A DNA stretch of 64,000 nucleotides, taken from contig CBDCYI010000004.1 of the NCBI GenBank assembly GCA_965224085.1, forward strand, positions 1,728,001 through 1,792,000, written 5' to 3'. Of the stretch, positions 9,259 to 18,995 are shown in pieces; the stretch's first letter is position 1, and the number at the start of each line of letters is the position of its first letter. The notes under the pieces were generated by a model, which saw only the letters and a list, made by a program, of their open reading frames with translations, had not been told where the DNA came from and searched no databases. Made by a program: the position numbers and the translations under genes. This DNA comes from Candidatus Marinacidobacterales bacterium (GTDB lineage: Bacteria; Acidobacteriota; Vicinamibacteria; Marinacidobacterales; SMYC01).

Positions 9259-10618
9259 AGTTCTGTTACATAATAATATTTACAAATACGAGTTCGGTAA
9301 GAATTAATACCCTCAATCAAGCACGTCGGGGATGGAGAGTGTAATTCCAGTTGCCGTGGAAGGGGTGGATTTTGAGTCGAAGCTCCTGCATTTCTTCGTT
9401 ACTGACCTTCTGGCCTGTCTCGTAGGAGTTCTTGTCCAGCATGGCCTTTACCTTCAAGCCGGTTCGGGTCTTGGTGTTGCCGATAAGATTGACGACCGCC
9501 TCGTAGCTCACGAGAGGCCGTCCTTTCCAGTTCATGCTGACAAAGGAGAATAGTCGATGTTCGATTTTGTTCCATTTACTGGTTCCCGGTGGATAGTGGC
9601 ATACGGTGATGGGAATCTTCAGTTGGTCCGATAGCTTTTGGAGGTGGAGCTTCCAGCCTCGCAGCCGGTTTCCGTTGCTTCCACCGGCGTCCGCGCAAAC
9701 AAGCAGACGTTTCGCCATCGGATAAGACTTTTTTCCGAGTATGCGCCACCATCTCCGGATGCTTTCTACCTCGAATTCCGCAGTCTCGTGAGTAATGCCG
9801 ACGTTGACCAGCGCTTCGTCGCGGGACACATCGTAAGTCCCATAGGGAATTGCTTTGCCCTCAGCCATACTGGGGAAGTCGTGTACAAGAACCGGCTCAC
9901 CTCCGCCCTTCTTCTTCCTCCACGTTTTACCCCTGTTTTCAAAGGCTCCTATCAATTCCTTCTTCTTGGTATCGACGCTCACGACCGGATCCTTGCTTCG
10001 CATGAACTTGCTTACTTGCTTGTTGATGTAACGAAACTGTTTGTCCCGATCCGGGTGCTGATCCCCTTCCAGTCTCTTCACGTTAGCTTGCAGCGAGTAA
10101 CCCATTTCTCCTAGGCGTCGAGCAACTGTCACGTGCGAGACATCGTGACCTTTGCGTTCAAGCTCCTCCGCCATCGCTCTCGTGGACTTGTTCGTCCATT
10201 TGAGATGCTTCATCGGGTCGCCGGCGGTTCTTTCGTCGAGGATCTTCTTCAGCTGCCGCTCGATTCTCGGGTCTAACTCCTCGACCCGCTTTCTCCCCCC
10301 GCCAGGCTTGCGCACTCGGGCGCTGTCGTCATCAACTATCGGCGCTTTCGCTTTGAGTTCCGCCACGCCCTTCATGATGGTCGGCCGCGACATCCCCGTA
10401 AGTCGTGACAGCCGACTGACCCCGCCGCGTCCTTCTTCAAGCGCCCGTTGAGCCACAAAAACACGCGCTTGCGCTTCGTTCAACGTCCCCAGCACCCTCA
10501 ACCAGTGACGCTCAGACTCTGGTACCTTTCGATCTGTTGCCATCCTCGTATAGTCTCGCAACCAGCAGAGGATAGCAGCAATGACAGTGTATTGTAAATA
10601 TTAATATGTAACAGGTCC
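9259..10618 (-). mobile_element. ISAzo13-family insertion sequence with 27-bp imperfect terminal inverted repeats and a 3-bp target duplication (TTA/TAA)
   Basis: Left end AGTTCTGTTACATAATAATATTTACAA vs reverse complement of right end GGACCTGTTACATATTAATATTTACAA; TTA at 9256-9258 and 10619-10621. Confidence 0.9.
9317..10561 (-). CDS. ISAzo13-family DDE transposase (probable start ATG 10543)
   Basis: TAGDPM..LKWT, HPDRDKQF, SVDTKKKELIG, CADAGGSNG, HYPPGTSKWNKIEHRLFS, FHGNWNY. Confidence 0.95.
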   Translation of the reverse strand: MRDYTRMATDRKVPESERHWLRVLGTLNEAQARVFVAQRALEEGRGGVSRLSRLTGMSRPTIMKGVAELKAKAPIVDDDSARVRKPGGGRKRVEELDPRIERQLKKILDERTAGDPMKHLKWTNKSTRAMAEELERKGHDVSHVTVARRLGEMGYSLQANVKRLEGDQHPDRDKQFRYINKQVSKFMRSKDPVVSVDTKKKELIGAFENRGKTWRKKKGGGEPVLVHDFPSMAEGKAIPYGTYDVSRDEALVNVGITHETAEFEVESIRRWWRILGKKSYPMAKRLLVCADAGGSNGNRLRGWKLHLQKLSDQLKIPITVCHYPPGTSKWNKIEHRLFSFVSMNWKGRPLVSYEAVVNLIGNTKTRTGLKVKAMLDKNSYETGQKVSNEEMQELRLKIHPFHGNWNYTLHPRRA

Positions 10619-11959
10619 TTAGGCCAAGTTGAATTGCTCGAGATGGATTCGGATGCGCTCCAGGAACTGGAAGCCGGTCGCGCCGTCGATGATGCGGTGA
10701 TCGAACGTGAGGGCGAGGACCATGATCGGCCGGATCGCGATGGCGTCATCGACGACGACCGGCTTTTTCTGAATAGCGCCGAGGCCCAGAATCGCGACTT
10801 GAGGTTGCGCGATCATGGGGGTTCCGGTAAGTCCGCCGAACATGCCGGGGTTGGTGATGGTGAACGTCGCGCCTTGCACATCCTCGGGGACGAGGCCATG
10901 ACGCCGCGCTTTCTCGGCGACGTTGTGAATGCTCCTCGCTAGCCCGACGAAGTTCGCTTCGTCGGCGTCGCGGATTACGGGAACGATCAAGCCTTCCTCT
11001 AGGGCAACAGCAATGCCGAGGTGAACGTGTTTTTTGAGTGCGATTTGGTCGCCGATGACGGAGGCGTTGAAGATAGGGAATTCTTTGAGAGCGCGCACCG
11101 TCGCTTCGGCGACGAAAGGCGTGAACGAAAGCGGCACCCCTTCAGCCTCTTCAAAATGTGCCCCATGCTCGTTGCAGCGCCGCACGATGCGATGCATGTC
11201 GCACTCGGTGAAGGACGTCACTTGCGCTGAGATCTGTTGGCTCCAGATCATGTGATTCGCAATTTGCTGGCGCATACCGCTCATCGGGATGAGCTTGTCG
11301 TCGGGCTCGGGCCTATAGAGATATTGTGGTGGAGGAGGCGGCGCGGTCGCAGGTGTCGCCACGGGAGGCGGCGCCGGTGCCTGTAAAGCTTGTGGGGAAG
11401 TCGCTAAGCGCGGACTCGCCGGCCGGCGTTCAATGTAGGCCTGTACATCCTTCTTGGTGATCCGTCCGCCGCGCCCAGAGCCTGCGATCGACAAGAGCTC
11501 CCCCATCGGTAGCCGTTGCCGATTCGCGAGTGAGATCACGGCAGGGGAGAGTTTCTGCCCCCTTTCCTCGGTCGACCCCGCCTCCGTCGCCGCCGGTGCC
11601 GGACGCGGTAGCGGCGGTGGCGTCGGGGCCGTGCGCTGAAACGTCATGGGCTCGTGCGACGAACGAAAATGCCCTGCGTTTGCTTTTGGTTCCGAAGGGG
11701 CCTCGGTCGCCGCCTCGGTCGCGGCGTTCCCGAGCGTGGCGACGACGGTGCCGACCGCCACGGTCTCGCCTTCCTGGACGAGAATCTGCTCCAAGATGCC
11801 GGCCGCGGGTGCGGGCACTTCCGTGTCAACCTTGTCGGTCGTAATCTCGAACAGCGGCTCGTCCCGATCGATGCGCTCGCCGGGCTTCTTGTGCCATTTG
11901 ACGATCGTGCCTTCCGTGATGCTTTCGCCCATCTGCGGCATCACGACTTCTGTCGACAT
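10619..11959 (-). CDS. 2-oxoacid dehydrogenase E2 (dihydrolipoamide acyltransferase)
   Basis: Lipoyl domain EITTDKVDTEVP; subunit-binding GSGRGGRITKKDV; catalytic FDHRIIDG. Confidence 0.95.
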   Translation of the reverse strand: MSTEVVMPQMGESITEGTIVKWHKKPGERIDRDEPLFEITTDKVDTEVPAPAAGILEQILVQEGETVAVGTVVATLGNAATEAATEAPSEPKANAGHFRSSHEPMTFQRTAPTPPPLPRPAPAATEAGSTEERGQKLSPAVISLANRQRLPMGELLSIAGSGRGGRITKKDVQAYIERRPASPRLATSPQALQAPAPPPVATPATAPPPPPQYLYRPEPDDKLIPMSGMRQQIANHMIWSQQISAQVTSFTECDMHRIVRRCNEHGAHFEEAEGVPLSFTPFVAEATVRALKEFPIFNASVIGDQIALKKHVHLGIAVALEEGLIVPVIRDADEANFVGLARSIHNVAEKARRHGLVPEDVQGATFTITNPGMFGGLTGTPMIAQPQVAILGLGAIQKKPVVVDDAIAIRPIMVLALTFDHRIIDGATGFQFLERIRIHLEQFNLA

Positions 11960-11963
11960 GGTC

Positions 11964-12938
11964 TCAATACTCCAATAGCTCGCGCGCCGTTGCTTCGATT
12001 TTCCCCTCGGACGGTAGAACTGCGTCTTCGAGTGTCGGGCTGAAAGGGATGGGCACGTCGAGCGCGCCGATTCGTTTGACGGGCGCGTCGAGCGCGTCCC
12101 ACGCGCTCTCTACGATGATGGAGGCGACTTCGCCGCCGATGCCGGACGTGAGCTGTGCCTCGTGGACCACGAGCGCTTTGCCCGTCTTCGATGCGCTCGC
12201 AAGAATCGTGTCTTTGTCGAGCGGCGCGAGACTCCTAAGGTCCACGACTTCGATCTCGACGCCTTCAGCGACAAGCCGCTCCGCCACGCCGAGGCAAGTA
12301 TGCACCATGGCGCCGTAAGTCACGATGGTTAGATCCGTCCCGTCACGCTTGATGTCGGCCACGCCGATAGGGACCTCGAAATCTTCATCCGGAACGTCTT
12401 CGCGAATCCGACGATAGAGATGTTTGTGCTCCAAATAAATGACGGGGTTGTTGTCGCGGATCGCCGCTTTCAGGAGTCCTTTGGCCTCGTACGGAGTCGA
12501 AGGCTGGACCACTTTGAGCCCGGCGACGTGGGTGAACCAAGCTTCCGGGTTTTGCGAGTGATAGGGCCCGCCCCGGAAGCCTCCGCCCGACGGTCCGCGA
12601 AACACGACGGGAACGGGAATGCCCCACCGGTAATAGCACTTGGCCGCGAAGTTGACGATTTGATCGAAGGCGCAGGCTATGAAGTCGGCGAATTGAAACT
12701 CGACGACGGGCCGGAAACCCATGATCGCGGCGCCGCACGCCGCACCGGTGAAACCGGACTCCGAGATCGGTGTATCGATAACACGCTCCTCACCGAACTC
12801 TTCGATGAAGCCGCGCGTGACTTTGAACGCGCCGCCAAAAACGCCGATATCTTCCCCCATGAGGAACACGGAAGGGTCGCGCCGCATTTCGTCCCGCAGC
12901 GCTTGACTGATCGCATCCAAATAACTGACGACGGCCAT
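11964..12938 (-). CDS. 2-oxoacid dehydrogenase E1 beta subunit
   Basis: GEDIGVFGGAFKVT, DTPISE, EFQFADF, YHSQ, EVVDLRSLAPLD. Confidence 0.95.
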   Translation of the reverse strand: MAVVSYLDAISQALRDEMRRDPSVFLMGEDIGVFGGAFKVTRGFIEEFGEERVIDTPISESGFTGAACGAAIMGFRPVVEFQFADFIACAFDQIVNFAAKCYYRWGIPVPVVFRGPSGGGFRGGPYHSQNPEAWFTHVAGLKVVQPSTPYEAKGLLKAAIRDNNPVIYLEHKHLYRRIREDVPDEDFEVPIGVADIKRDGTDLTIVTYGAMVHTCLGVAERLVAEGVEIEVVDLRSLAPLDKDTILASASKTGKALVVHEAQLTSGIGGEVASIIVESAWDALDAPVKRIGALDVPIPFSPTLEDAVLPSEGKIEATARELLEY

Positions 12939-13152
12939 AGCAATCCCAAGAAAACGGCGAAGTATAACACGCGCGCCGTGCACAGGACCGCTCGTGTAGG
13001 AGAGGTGGAGGAGGTGGGGATATCTCCGCATCCCCCTGCCCTGGGACCGCTCGTTCTAGCGGCGCGAAACAGAGAGGCCTCGGCGCACGTTCCACCGGAG
13101 TCGCATGCCTTCCGCGGCGATGGCGAAATTTTGCGCCGACTTGCCGTGGTGT

Positions 13153-14457
13153 CTAGGCAGACTTTGGCAGCCCCGTTTTCGCGATGTGCTCGAAAACGTC
13201 GCAGAAATAATCGAGCTCGTCGAGCGTGGTGTAGATGTTCGGCGTGACGCGCAGGCCGCGAAACTCATCGTGATTGATAGCGACCACGATGATCTTGTGT
13301 TTGTCCCAAAAATAGGTCGCCATGGCGCTCGGCTCCGTGCCTTGGAGCTCGACATTCGCGATGGCGCAGCTCATCTTGGGATTCATCGAGGTATGAAGAC
13401 GAACTTTGGGGATCTCCATCAACTTCTTGGCCCAGTAGTTCTTCAAATAGCGAAGGCGTGCTTCTTTGGGTGCGGCCCCAATCGTGTTGTGGAAAGTGAT
13501 CGCTTCGCCGGTCGCGAGGTAGGGCGCTTCCGAGTGCGTTCCAATCTCCTCGAACTTGCGAATGTTGTCGTCCATGCGCTCGGGCGCCGCCATGAGTGGC
13601 CAGAGTTTTTCTATTTTGTCCCGCTTCACATAGAGCAGCCCTGTTCCCTTCGGCGCGAGGAGCCATTTGTGAAGGCTCGTTCCGAAATAGTCGCAGCCGA
13701 CATCTTCCTGTTTGAACTCGAACTGAGCGAAGGAATGGGCTCCGTCGACCATGACCTCGATGTCGTGCTCGCGCGCGAGGGCACAAATCTCCTTAACCGG
13801 CAGGATCTGCCCCGTGAGATTGATCTGGTGTGACATGAGGATCATTTTCGTTCTCGGTGTGAAGGCGTTCTTGAAGCCTTCGATGAGGGCCTCGTCGCTT
13901 TCAGCAGGTGTCGGGATGGTGAACAGCGTCACGTCGATACCCTCCCGGCGGCTGCGTTGATCGAGCGTCGTGCGCATCCGACCATAGTCCTGCGTCGTGG
14001 TGATGACTTCGTCGCCCGACTTCAAGTCGATGCCGAAGAGCAGGATCTCGAGCGCCTCGGAGGCGTTGCGCACGAGAGCGATTTCTTCCGGATCGCAGCC
14101 GAAAACGCGCCCCAGGCCCTGGCGGACCGACTCGCGGAACGGAGGGAGCAAACGCGCCAAGGTGTAGGACGGAGCTTCTTCCTGCTGCCAAATGTAGTTA
14201 ACGACGGCTTCGGTGACGATCCGCGGCGAGGGGCAGCAATAGCCATTGTTGAGATTGATCATACGACGCGACACGCTGAACGCCTGCTGGATTTCACGCC
14301 AGTAGGTCTCGTTCTGCCCCACGTCGACCGCGCTCTGTGTCGCCACGCTTCGCGTAGCCGCCTCGACACGGCCTAGCGTCGCGGAATCGAAAAGCGAGCT
14401 AACACTGTAAGCGCCCATCCCCGCGCCAAGGGTCCTCAGAAAGCTACGTCGTTCCAT
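13153..14457 (-). CDS. Class V PLP-dependent aminotransferase (isopenicillin N epimerase/cysteine desulfurase-like) with Tat signal peptide
   Basis: MERRSFL twin-Arg motif; VDGAHS, TSLHKWLLAP (PLP Lys). Confidence 0.9.
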   Translation of the reverse strand: MERRSFLRTLGAGMGAYSVSSLFDSATLGRVEAATRSVATQSAVDVGQNETYWREIQQAFSVSRRMINLNNGYCCPSPRIVTEAVVNYIWQQEEAPSYTLARLLPPFRESVRQGLGRVFGCDPEEIALVRNASEALEILLFGIDLKSGDEVITTTQDYGRMRTTLDQRSRREGIDVTLFTIPTPAESDEALIEGFKNAFTPRTKMILMSHQINLTGQILPVKEICALAREHDIEVMVDGAHSFAQFEFKQEDVGCDYFGTSLHKWLLAPKGTGLLYVKRDKIEKLWPLMAAPERMDDNIRKFEEIGTHSEAPYLATGEAITFHNTIGAAPKEARLRYLKNYWAKKLMEIPKVRLHTSMNPKMSCAIANVELQGTEPSAMATYFWDKHKIIVVAINHDEFRGLRVTPNIYTTLDELDYFCDVFEHIAKTGLPKSA

Positions 14458-14481
14458 TCCGATCTCCTAGGTTTTTGGAGT

Positions 14482-14571
14482 AACGAAAGGAGAGGTGGAG
14501 ATAGGAGGAGATAAGGAGATAAAGCCGTTTCGCTTTCCCTCATCTCGTCCTATCCGCACCTTCCCTTCGTT
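14482..14571. repeat. About 35-bp imperfect inverted repeat with one purine arm and one pyrimidine arm
   Basis: AACGAAAGGAGAGGTGGAGATAGGAGGAGATAAGG pairs with CCCTCATCTCGTCCTATCCGCACCTTCCCTTCGTT. Confidence 0.7.
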
Positions 14572-14583
14572 TTCATCAGCCTG

Positions 14584-14790
14584 CTACAACCAAAACTCGG
14601 TTCTTATGAACCGGACGATGTCGCGGGTCCATATGTTGGCGACGAAGCTCGTGCCGCAATAGATCTTGGCAACGCCCGTCATGCCTGGCTTGAAGATGTG
14701 ATCATCGTTAGGAATATGGGCCCGCAAGAGGACCGTCGACGCGTGGCCGTCCGGGGTGGCTACCGGTGCGATCTCGTCCACGGTCGCCTC
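14584..14790 (-). pseudogene. C-terminal fragment of a HlyD-family efflux adaptor
   Basis: ATVDEIAPVA...HIPNDDHIFKPGMTGVAKIYCG...RFIRTEFWL; no start of its own, abuts the truncated kinase. Confidence 0.65.
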
Positions 14791-17129
14791 GAGATCAGCC
14801 ACTGTCCATCCTCGACGTTCGGGAACGGCCTCACATAGACCTCGTACTGGCCCGAGGCGTCCGACTCGTAGGCCAGCCACCGGCCGTCGGGAGAGATCTC
14901 CCCGTTCCGTTCGTTGAACTCGGTCGCCAGAAGGGGCTCCGAAGAGCCCTCGAGGGAAAGCCTTCCGAGGTTGGAATCTTGCCTTCCGAATTCGGAAAAC
15001 ACCAACTGCTTCCCGTCCGGGGTGAAGGCGGATGGAAATTGCAGGTTCTCGCTTTCGGTCAGTCGCTCGACCGTACCGGTGCCGTCGGCCGCTTTCCAGT
15101 AAAGGTTAAATCCGCCGTCACGGTTAGAGGCGAACGCTACCTTCCTTCCGTCCGGCGTCCAAACCGGGTAGAAGTCCTCGGCGGGAGCGAACGTTAGCCG
15201 CGTCAGTGTCTCGCGGGCGAAGTCCCAGATCCAAATGTCGTTCTCCTGGTCGCGCACATCGAGGGCGAGACGGCCCCCATCGGGAGAGATGCGTGGATAC
15301 CTATAGGCACGCGGCTCGGCTGCCAGCGCCTCTTCTCTTCCGTCCCGATCCACCCAGACGAGCGTGCGGTCCACTAGACTACTGCCGGCCACATAGACCA
15401 ATGCACCGGTGTCCGAGACGCTGAAGTGCGCGGCTCCTGTGCTCAAATCAGCGGTCATGACGCCCTCGGCCATGGGTATGGGACCGCTCGTCACCTCGAG
15501 CTTGTCCACATCAAACGGCACGGCCAAAAGCGTTCCATCCAAGACGTAGACGAGGTGACCCGTCGATACGTAGCGGGCGTCTCTGCCGCCTTCGATCAGA
15601 ACCTTTCTCTCTCTGGTCTCAAGAGAATGCACGACGATTTGCGCATCGTCCCAGTTCGTACCGTCTCCGAGGGTAAAGAGCACGGCTTTTTCGCCCGGCA
15701 AGATCTGCGGGCCATGCCCGACCTCTTCCGTTGCCTCCAGCTGGATGAGAACCTCGGGCGTGCCTCCATCGCCGGACACCTGCAAGATGCCAGTCCCGCG
15801 TTGCCCGAAAACAATGGTGTCATCGGCTCCCCACCGAGCTCCCAAAGGAGGCTGAGCGTCACATAGAGTGACAGGTGCACCACCGCTGACGGCGACCTTC
15901 TTGAGTTGCCGCTGCGCGAAGAATCCTACCCACTCACCGTCGGGAGAGAAGAAAGGACTTCGAGCTTCGCCTTCAGTGCCCCGGACAGGAGTCGCCTCGG
16001 TTTGGTCCATGGCACGGAGGTAGAGCTGTTCGTTCGCACTATACACGAGGCGGGTACCGTCCGACGAGACAGCCACGACGTGACGACCCCTACCTGTGAG
16101 CGTTTCCCCGGGGGGCATTGGAAGTGAAAACCGTGCGACGGGTCGCGGTGGTAGATCGGTCCGCATTACCCTCCACACCCCGACACCGGTGACGACGCTG
16201 AGCGCCAACGCACCAGCGACCGTCCTCGAGCGTCGCCAAGCATTGGCCAGAGGGACGACCTCTTCTGTTCCTGCCATGCTCTCGAACGCCCCGTCCATCG
16301 CCAAACGCACGACACCGATGTCCGGCAACCGCCGTTTCGGATCTTTTTCCAAGCAGCGGGTGAGAAACATGCGAAGCGTCGGATCGAGATCCGCCGGTAA
16401 CGCATCCCAGTCCGGCTCCTTCGTCAACACGTACGCGAGTGTGTCCGATACATCCTCGCTCGCAAACGCACGCTTGCCCGTAAGCATCTCGTACAGCACA
16501 ACACCGAACGCCCAAACATCTGCCCTCTTATCGACCTTCTTGCCCTTAGCTTGCTCCGGACTCATGTAAGCCGCGGTCCCGAGAATCACTCCAACCCGAG
16601 TCGCATCTCGTGTGAGTGTGGGTGACATTGAGCTATCAGCCTCAGCTGTTTCCTCTTGGAAGACTTTCGCCAGACCGTAGTCCAGGACTTTGATCTTCCC
16701 GTCCTCCGTCTGCTTGACGTTCGCCGGTTTCAGGTCTCTGTGAACGATGCCCTGTTCGTGCGCTTCCTCAAGTGCTTCCGCCATCTTGCGGGCGATGTCG
16801 AGAGCTTCTTCTAATGGGATGGGACCGCGTGAGATCCGCTCTGCGAGAGTCTCGCCGGGAACGAGCTCGAGCACGAGGTAGTGGGTGCTGTCGGAATGCT
16901 CCAAGCCGTAGATCGAAGCGATGTTCGGGTGGTTGAGAGACGCGAGGACCTTTGCCTCTCGTTGGAATCGTCCCAGGCGTTGTTCGTCTTTGGCGAACTC
17001 TTCCGGCAAGACCTTAATCGCCACATCCCGTCCGAGCTTTGAGTCTTTCGCCCGATAGACCTCACCCATCCCGCCTTTGCCAATGGGCTCGATGATCTCG
17101 TAGTGGGCGAGCTTGTGACCGGGCTGCAC
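14760..17129 (-). CDS. Hanks-type Ser/Thr kinase with TM segment and TolB/PD40 beta-propeller, truncated near 14790
   Basis: IGKGGMGEVY, VAIK, HRDLKPAN, DYGLAK, MSPEQ; repeated SPDG motifs; GTG 17129 with TAACAT upstream. Confidence 0.9.
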   Translation of the reverse strand: MQPGHKLAHYEIIEPIGKGGMGEVYRAKDSKLGRDVAIKVLPEEFAKDEQRLGRFQREAKVLASLNHPNIASIYGLEHSDSTHYLVLELVPGETLAERISRGPIPLEEALDIARKMAEALEEAHEQGIVHRDLKPANVKQTEDGKIKVLDYGLAKVFQEETAEADSSMSPTLTRDATRVGVILGTAAYMSPEQAKGKKVDKRADVWAFGVVLYEMLTGKRAFASEDVSDTLAYVLTKEPDWDALPADLDPTLRMFLTRCLEKDPKRRLPDIGVVRLAMDGAFESMAGTEEVVPLANAWRRSRTVAGALALSVVTGVGVWRVMRTDLPPRPVARFSLPMPPGETLTGRGRHVVAVSSDGTRLVYSANEQLYLRAMDQTEATPVRGTEGEARSPFFSPDGEWVGFFAQRQLKKVAVSGGAPVTLCDAQPPLGARWGADDTIVFGQRGTGILQVSGDGGTPEVLIQLEATEEVGHGPQILPGEKAVLFTLGDGTNWDDAQIVVHSLETRERKVLIEGGRDARYVSTGHLVYVLDGTLLAVPFDVDKLEVTSGPIPMAEGVMTADLSTGAAHFSVSDTGALVYVAGSSLVDRTLVWVDRDGREEALAAEPRAYRYPRISPDGGRLALDVRDQENDIWIWDFARETLTRLTFAPAEDFYPVWTPDGRKVAFASNRDGGFNLYWKAADGTGTVERLTESENLQFPSAFTPDGKQLVFSEFGRQDSNLGRLSLEGSSEPLLATEFNERNGEISPDGRWLAYESDASGQYEVYVRPFPNVEDGQWLISRRPWTRSHR

Positions 17130-17477
17130 AACGCCGACGATGTTACGCCGATGGTCGACGGTCGGCAACTAGGGAACGACGCGCGTAAAGGTCTCTAGAC
17201 CGGGAACGCGGATGGATCGCGTGGGACGGGTCGAATTTCTTCTGGCGGAGATTCGATGGCAGAGCTTATAGGAGGCTAACGCCTTGGGGGGCTGGGCGCT
17301 CAAAAACACCTCGACGCAGGACGGCAAGTTTGGAAGGGTGAATCCCTTCAGCCATTTGTGACGCGACCCTTCTGTCTGTCCCGCTGAGCCGGAACGCAAC
17401 CTTGCTACAATTGATGAAAGCGACAATTCAGAACCGCCAGCACTGAGTTGGAGGCGGTTTTCATAGGGAGTCAACCG

Positions 17478-17700
17478 ATGAGGTGCGCGGTCATCGTATT
17501 TCTCGTGCTCGGTTGCTTGCAAGATCACGTAGCTGCCGGAGAGCAACACAGCGCGTCTGCTGAAGAGGACGAGCTCGATGCGGGTATGCGGGTGAGAGTT
17601 TCGACTCCTGACGTCGACAAAATAACCGGACGCATCGAGAAGCTCACCGCAGATACCCTTGTGATCAAACTCGACAAAGAGTCTCGTTCCATCGATATCC
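17478..17700 (+). pseudogene. N-terminal fragment of a secreted protein
   Basis: Signal peptide MRCAVIVFLVLGCL, then GMRVRVSTPDVDKITGRIEKLTADTLVI; collides with the opposite-strand gene near 17690. Confidence 0.45.
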
Positions 17701-18430
17701 GCGGCGGTGGCGGAACACTTGGAAAACGCCGAACGCGACGAGCGCCGTCGGATAAGCGGCAAGGGCGAGCGGGCGTAGGAATGAGCTCATGGAGTGACCT
17801 GCGAGGAGCGGACGGTCCATCCCGAGATCGGGCATGCCCGTTTGGCTGTACCACGGAGCGGTAACGAATAGGAGCAACGGAAGGTAGAGCGCCGCGTTGA
17901 AGAAGAGCTGATCGGCGCGGTTGTCGACGGGGTCGTCGAAATCGTCGTTTCGACGCTTGTAAAGCACGAGAAAACCCCAGTGCTGGCGCACCACATGGTA
18001 ATAGGCCCAGAGGCGGAAGAAGACGAAGAAGACGTGAGAGCCGAGCGCCATATTCGCAGGTGTCAGTGGCACGAAAAGCCCGAGCACGTACGGCCCGAAC
18101 ACAGCGATCGGCCCGAGCGCAAACCAGCCGAGCGACACGAAGAGCACACTTCGCCGCTGGGACCAGTCGTCGGGGTCGAGCCAAGTCCGTGCGAGCGTCG
18201 CCCATACGTGCGGGGCATCGATGAGAAGGGACCAGCCCGCGAAGACCAAGAGCCCGAGTGTGAAAGCGATCTCGAAGCCTCCCAGACGGAGCTGGAAAAT
18301 CGGTTCCCCTATGGGATCATCCAAACCGTGGCCCGCGATTAGAACGAGTGCGACATGGAACCATCCAGCAAGCGACGAGCCGATATACCAGGGGATATCG
18401 GTCCTCGAACTGTGAAACCACTTCCACGTA
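17690..18430 (-). pseudogene. Internal fragment of a polytopic membrane protein
   Basis: DAPHVWATLARTWLD, WAYYHVVRQHWGF; both ends appear broken. Confidence 0.55.
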
Positions 18431-18443
18431 CACTTCAATGGAT

Positions 18444-18472
18444 TTGGCCTATGGCGCTGGACCCCGTATACT
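18444..18472 (+). promoter_or_regulatory. sigma70-like promoter of the CBS-domain gene
   Basis: TTGGCC-N17-TATACT upstream of ATG 18510. Confidence 0.55.
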
Positions 18473-18509
18473 AAATTAACATCCAAAAAAAATCAGAAAG
18501 GTCCAAGCG

Positions 18510-18938
18510 ATGCATGTCGGAACGTATATGACTCGTGATCCGATCACGGTGTCCGAGGACACGAGTATGAAGGAGGCCATGCTACTCCTTCGTACCCATA
18601 AGATCCGCCACCTGCCTGTCGCAAACGGCAAACAGCTCGTCGGGCTCGTCTCGGACCGGGATATTCGCCGGGCGTCTCCATCGCTACTGTCCGGCATCGG
18701 CAAAAACGAATATGAGCAAGTCCTCGACGACACCACTGTGGCCCGTATCATGACCCGAGAGCCCTTTACCGTGGCCGAGAACACGACTGTCGAAGATGCC
18801 GTGCGGGTCTTGGTCGAGCGGAAGTTTGGGAGTCTCCCGGTCGTCGCGGGCACGGATCTCGTCGGCATTTTCACCGAAATCGATGCCCTGAAAGTCCTCC
18901 TAAGCCAGCTAAACGGGGCTAGCACTCGAGCCCGCTGA
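18510..18938 (+). CDS. CBS-domain pair protein (AcuB-like)
   Basis: MTRDPITV, IRHLPV, LVGLVSDRDI, LPVV..LVGIFTEID. Confidence 0.9.
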   Translation: MHVGTYMTRDPITVSEDTSMKEAMLLLRTHKIRHLPVANGKQLVGLVSDRDIRRASPSLLSGIGKNEYEQVLDDTTVARIMTREPFTVAENTTVEDAVRVLVERKFGSLPVVAGTDLVGIFTEIDALKVLLSQLNGASTRAR

Positions 18939-18995
18939 GCGTGTCCGCCTCCGCCAAGGGGCTCGGATGGACCCCAACTAAGCGGATTCGCTAGC

